Virus record (IMG/VR): IMGVR_UViG_3300007764_000004
Span: 1 to 35,934 of that record
Reading direction: 5' to 3' (one strand)
Length of the DNA stretch: 35,934 nt
Source of the DNA: a virus
Lineage: Duplodnaviria; Caudoviricetes
Shown here: piece by piece, positions 34,178-35,934 of the stretch
How the letters are laid out: every line of letters begins with the position of its first letter
Numbering within the stretch: the stretch's first letter is position 1
Notes under the pieces: model-generated
What the model was told of the DNA's origin: nothing
The model's database searches: none
The model's input: the letters and a program-made list of their open reading frames with translations, nothing else
Position numbers and translations under genes: made by a program

Positions 34178-35125
34178 ATGGAAAACACAAATTACCGGCC
34201 CCTGGCCGAAACCCTGTCCATTCTGTCCAGGCCTATCCCCCGCGAATACTGCGTAACGAAACCCCGACGCGAAAAAACATTCCCTGGGATCTGCCGATTT
34301 ATCGTCGCCCTTTCATGGGAAGGGACCGTCCGCGATATGAACGATCGTCTTCCATTCTGGTCCTTTACCCTTCCATATCAGCCAGTAGTCGTCGGATCTT
34401 ATGTGTCCATTACGGCCAGGGTTTCGATTCCGACTTCCGACCAGGGCGTTATCGTCCGCGAAATGTCGGGGGCCGTCCAGTTAAAGGACGGGGATCTGGC
34501 CGAAGGATATGGGGATCCGGTTACGACTGCAGCACATAAGGCCGTAAGAAAGGCCCTGGCTTATTTCGGTTACGGCCTGGAATTCGAATTACCGGAAATA
34601 TGGATGGAATTAAAACCGAACGGGAAAATTCCGAAATACGACGAACGAATGGCCGTCGATAAATGGAAATACTATTCAAAAGACGGACGACCCGTTAAAC
34701 ACGCCCAAAATACCCCAGAACGTCCGCAGTCTTCCACGCGGGGAAATACCCAGGCCGACAGGGGAACGACGCAGGACGCCCCAAAAGCGCTTAACCTGGG
34801 GGATCTAAAGAAAGCCTATTACGACGTCGGGATTACGATCGGGGACGATCGCGATCGCCTGGGCCCCGTCTTTCATGGGATATATGCGAAGCCGGCTTCC
34901 CTGGAATCGGTCCTGTCGACGAACAGGTTAACCGAAGACGACGAACGGGTTATTAAAATCCTTCGGGCCGTCCGCGAACAATTCACCCCCGAAGAATATG
35001 GTTCAGCCGAAGCGATCCATCGTTCGGCCAGGGCTTTTATTCAACGGACCATTAACGACGGTTACGATCTGAAAAGTCCAGCCAAAATTAAACAGGCAAT
35101 AACCGAATATAAAACCCCCGCATAA
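34178..35125 (+). CDS. Rad52/Sak-family single-strand annealing protein
   Basis: LSWEGTVRDMN..PFWSF, ARVSI, DPVTTAAHKAVRKALAYFGYGLE match the Rad52_Rad22 pattern; low-complexity linker follows. Confidence 0.72.
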   Translation: MENTNYRPLAETLSILSRPIPREYCVTKPRREKTFPGICRFIVALSWEGTVRDMNDRLPFWSFTLPYQPVVVGSYVSITARVSIPTSDQGVIVREMSGAVQLKDGDLAEGYGDPVTTAAHKAVRKALAYFGYGLEFELPEIWMELKPNGKIPKYDERMAVDKWKYYSKDGRPVKHAQNTPERPQSSTRGNTQADRGTTQDAPKALNLGDLKKAYYDVGITIGDDRDRLGPVFHGIYAKPASLESVLSTNRLTEDDERVIKILRAVREQFTPEEYGSAEAIHRSARAFIQRTINDGYDLKSPAKIKQAITEYKTPA

Positions 35126-35126
35126 T

Positions 35127-35934
35127 ATGAGTTATTACCTTCTTCCGACCCGTCCCTGGTTATTCCTGCCGGCCCTGGCTCGAATAATCGGGGTAAGGGA
35201 AGCAATTATCGCGCAACAAACTTACTGGTTAATGAACGACCTGGGGGTCGACGAACTGGAATGGGGCTGGACGGACTTCGAAGAAATCTTCGACTTTATA
35301 GCCCCCAGGACGCTTCGAAGGGTCGTCGACGGAATGGTCGAACAGGGGATTATTATTCGGAAGGCCAGGGATGGAAGGAAGCCATTAATTTCCATCGATA
35401 AAGGTCGAATCGAAACCCTGGCCGGAATGGTTCGGGGGTCTGTCCAGAATGGCCGGCCCCCTGTCCAGAACGGCCAGGGAAACCCTGTCCAGAATGACCA
35501 GGGCGACATTATTATAAGATATATACTAAGAAAATATATATTTCCTCTTAACGGGACTTCTGAAAACGAAATGCTGGAACGGCTGCGACTGCAGAATCCT
35601 TACCAGTTGATTGTAACATGGTGGAATACGATCGCGAAGGAACACGGGTTCGTTATTTGTTCGACCGATAACTTCCACCGATCGACGAATATCGATCGGG
35701 CCCTGGGGGAAGGATTCCTGGACCATTTAGACCGGATCGAACAGGCCCTTAAATCGAACCCGTTTTACTGTGGGGGAAACGATACTGGATGGGTCGTTAC
35801 GCTCGACTGGCTTTTAAAGGAAGGGAAATGGACCCAGGTCGTCGACAGGTCCGGCGCCCGAACCCGTCTGTTCGATTATAAAGGGGCCCTGGATTACTTT
35901 ACGAAACGTTTCGGCCCCCCGTCCCAGTCGAAGC
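35127..35934 (+). CDS. Phage replication initiator (lambda O-like architecture), runs off the window end; not in ORF track
   Basis: ATG 35127, open to the end: PALARIIGVREAIIAQQTYW winged-helix N-terminus, internal iterons, C-terminal SNPFYCGGNDTGWVVTLDWLL. Confidence 0.8.
   Translation, partial: MSYYLLPTRPWLFLPALARIIGVREAIIAQQTYWLMNDLGVDELEWGWTDFEEIFDFIAPRTLRRVVDGMVEQGIIIRKARDGRKPLISIDKGRIETLAGMVRGSVQNGRPPVQNGQGNPVQNDQGDIIIRYILRKYIFPLNGTSENEMLERLRLQNPYQLIVTWWNTIAKEHGFVICSTDNFHRSTNIDRALGEGFLDHLDRIEQALKSNPFYCGGNDTGWVVTLDWLLKEGKWTQVVDRSGARTRLFDYKGALDYFTKRFGPPSQSK
35418..35543. other. Putative replication origin: 3-4 iterons plus AT-rich unwinding element
   Basis: CTGTCCAGAAYGRCC at 35440, 35461 and 35485, a degenerate copy at 35418, then ATTATAAGATATATACTAAGAAAATATATATTT. 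Confidence 0.8.

Larger units (their letters stand above)
1..35934. mobile_element. Tailed bacteriophage (Caudoviricetes, HK97-type head, long non-contractile tail); possibly near-complete genome
   Basis: Ordered TerS-TerL-portal-MuF-protease-MCP-connector-tail tube-TAC-TMP-tail tip on - strand; replication/recombination genes on + strand; no host housekeeping genes; no tail sheath seen. Confidence 0.95.

Noticed and set aside
35418-35502. Spaced repeats as a mini-CRISPR
   Set aside because: Period is only 21-24 bp; location inside the initiator gene next to an AT-rich tract fits iterons.
877-35726. Dozens of long antisense or off-frame ORFs in the ORF track (e.g. 5067..5732, 10164..10601, 23012..23683, 26098..26667)
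   Set aside because: Explained by genome-wide depletion of TAG/CTA and TGA/TCA; they overlap well-supported genes and show no motifs. Only 1327..1923 carries a real motif.
1-35934. Stop-codon reassignment suggested by TAG/TGA scarcity
   Set aside because: Genes are intact in the standard code, TAG and TGA both end genes (e.g. 775, 23230), and the depletion is frame- and strand-independent.
1-35934. tRNA, rRNA, integrase/attP, reverse transcriptase (DGR/retron), introns or inteins
   Set aside because: No cloverleaf, catalytic motif or interruption of TerL, portal or MCP recognised by eye.

Overview
The whole window is tailed-phage (HK97-fold, siphovirus-like) DNA and may be close to a complete ~36 kb genome. 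A leftward late operon (28533->2085) runs TerS, TerL, portal, MuF, prohead protease, major capsid, head-tail proteins, tail tube, a -1 frameshifted tail chaperone, tape measure, tail-tip proteins and small membrane proteins. A rightward early/replication arm (28642->end and 66->1994) carries a Rad52/Sak-like annealase, a replication initiator with internal iterons, a RusA-like resolvase and a two-frame (alpha/beta) C5 DNA methyltransferase. The most striking feature is a glycan-building set wired into the head operon: three GT-A glycosyltransferases (two resembling B4GALNT), a sulfotransferase, a SAM methyltransferase and a TagF-like GT-B enzyme. Alongside it, Gly-Ser-Gly(-Ser) tags sit at the C-termini of the capsid and tail-tube proteins and are expanded as tandem repeats in tail proteins, which suggests a phage-encoded sulfated, proteoglycan-like virion coat. 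Other oddities are a 15-bp motif dispersed in sense orientation inside unrelated genes, an extreme strand-symmetric trinucleotide skew, a truncated DpdA-like gene and an apparently catalytically dead second prohead protease. All family assignments come from motif recognition by eye; no searches were run.
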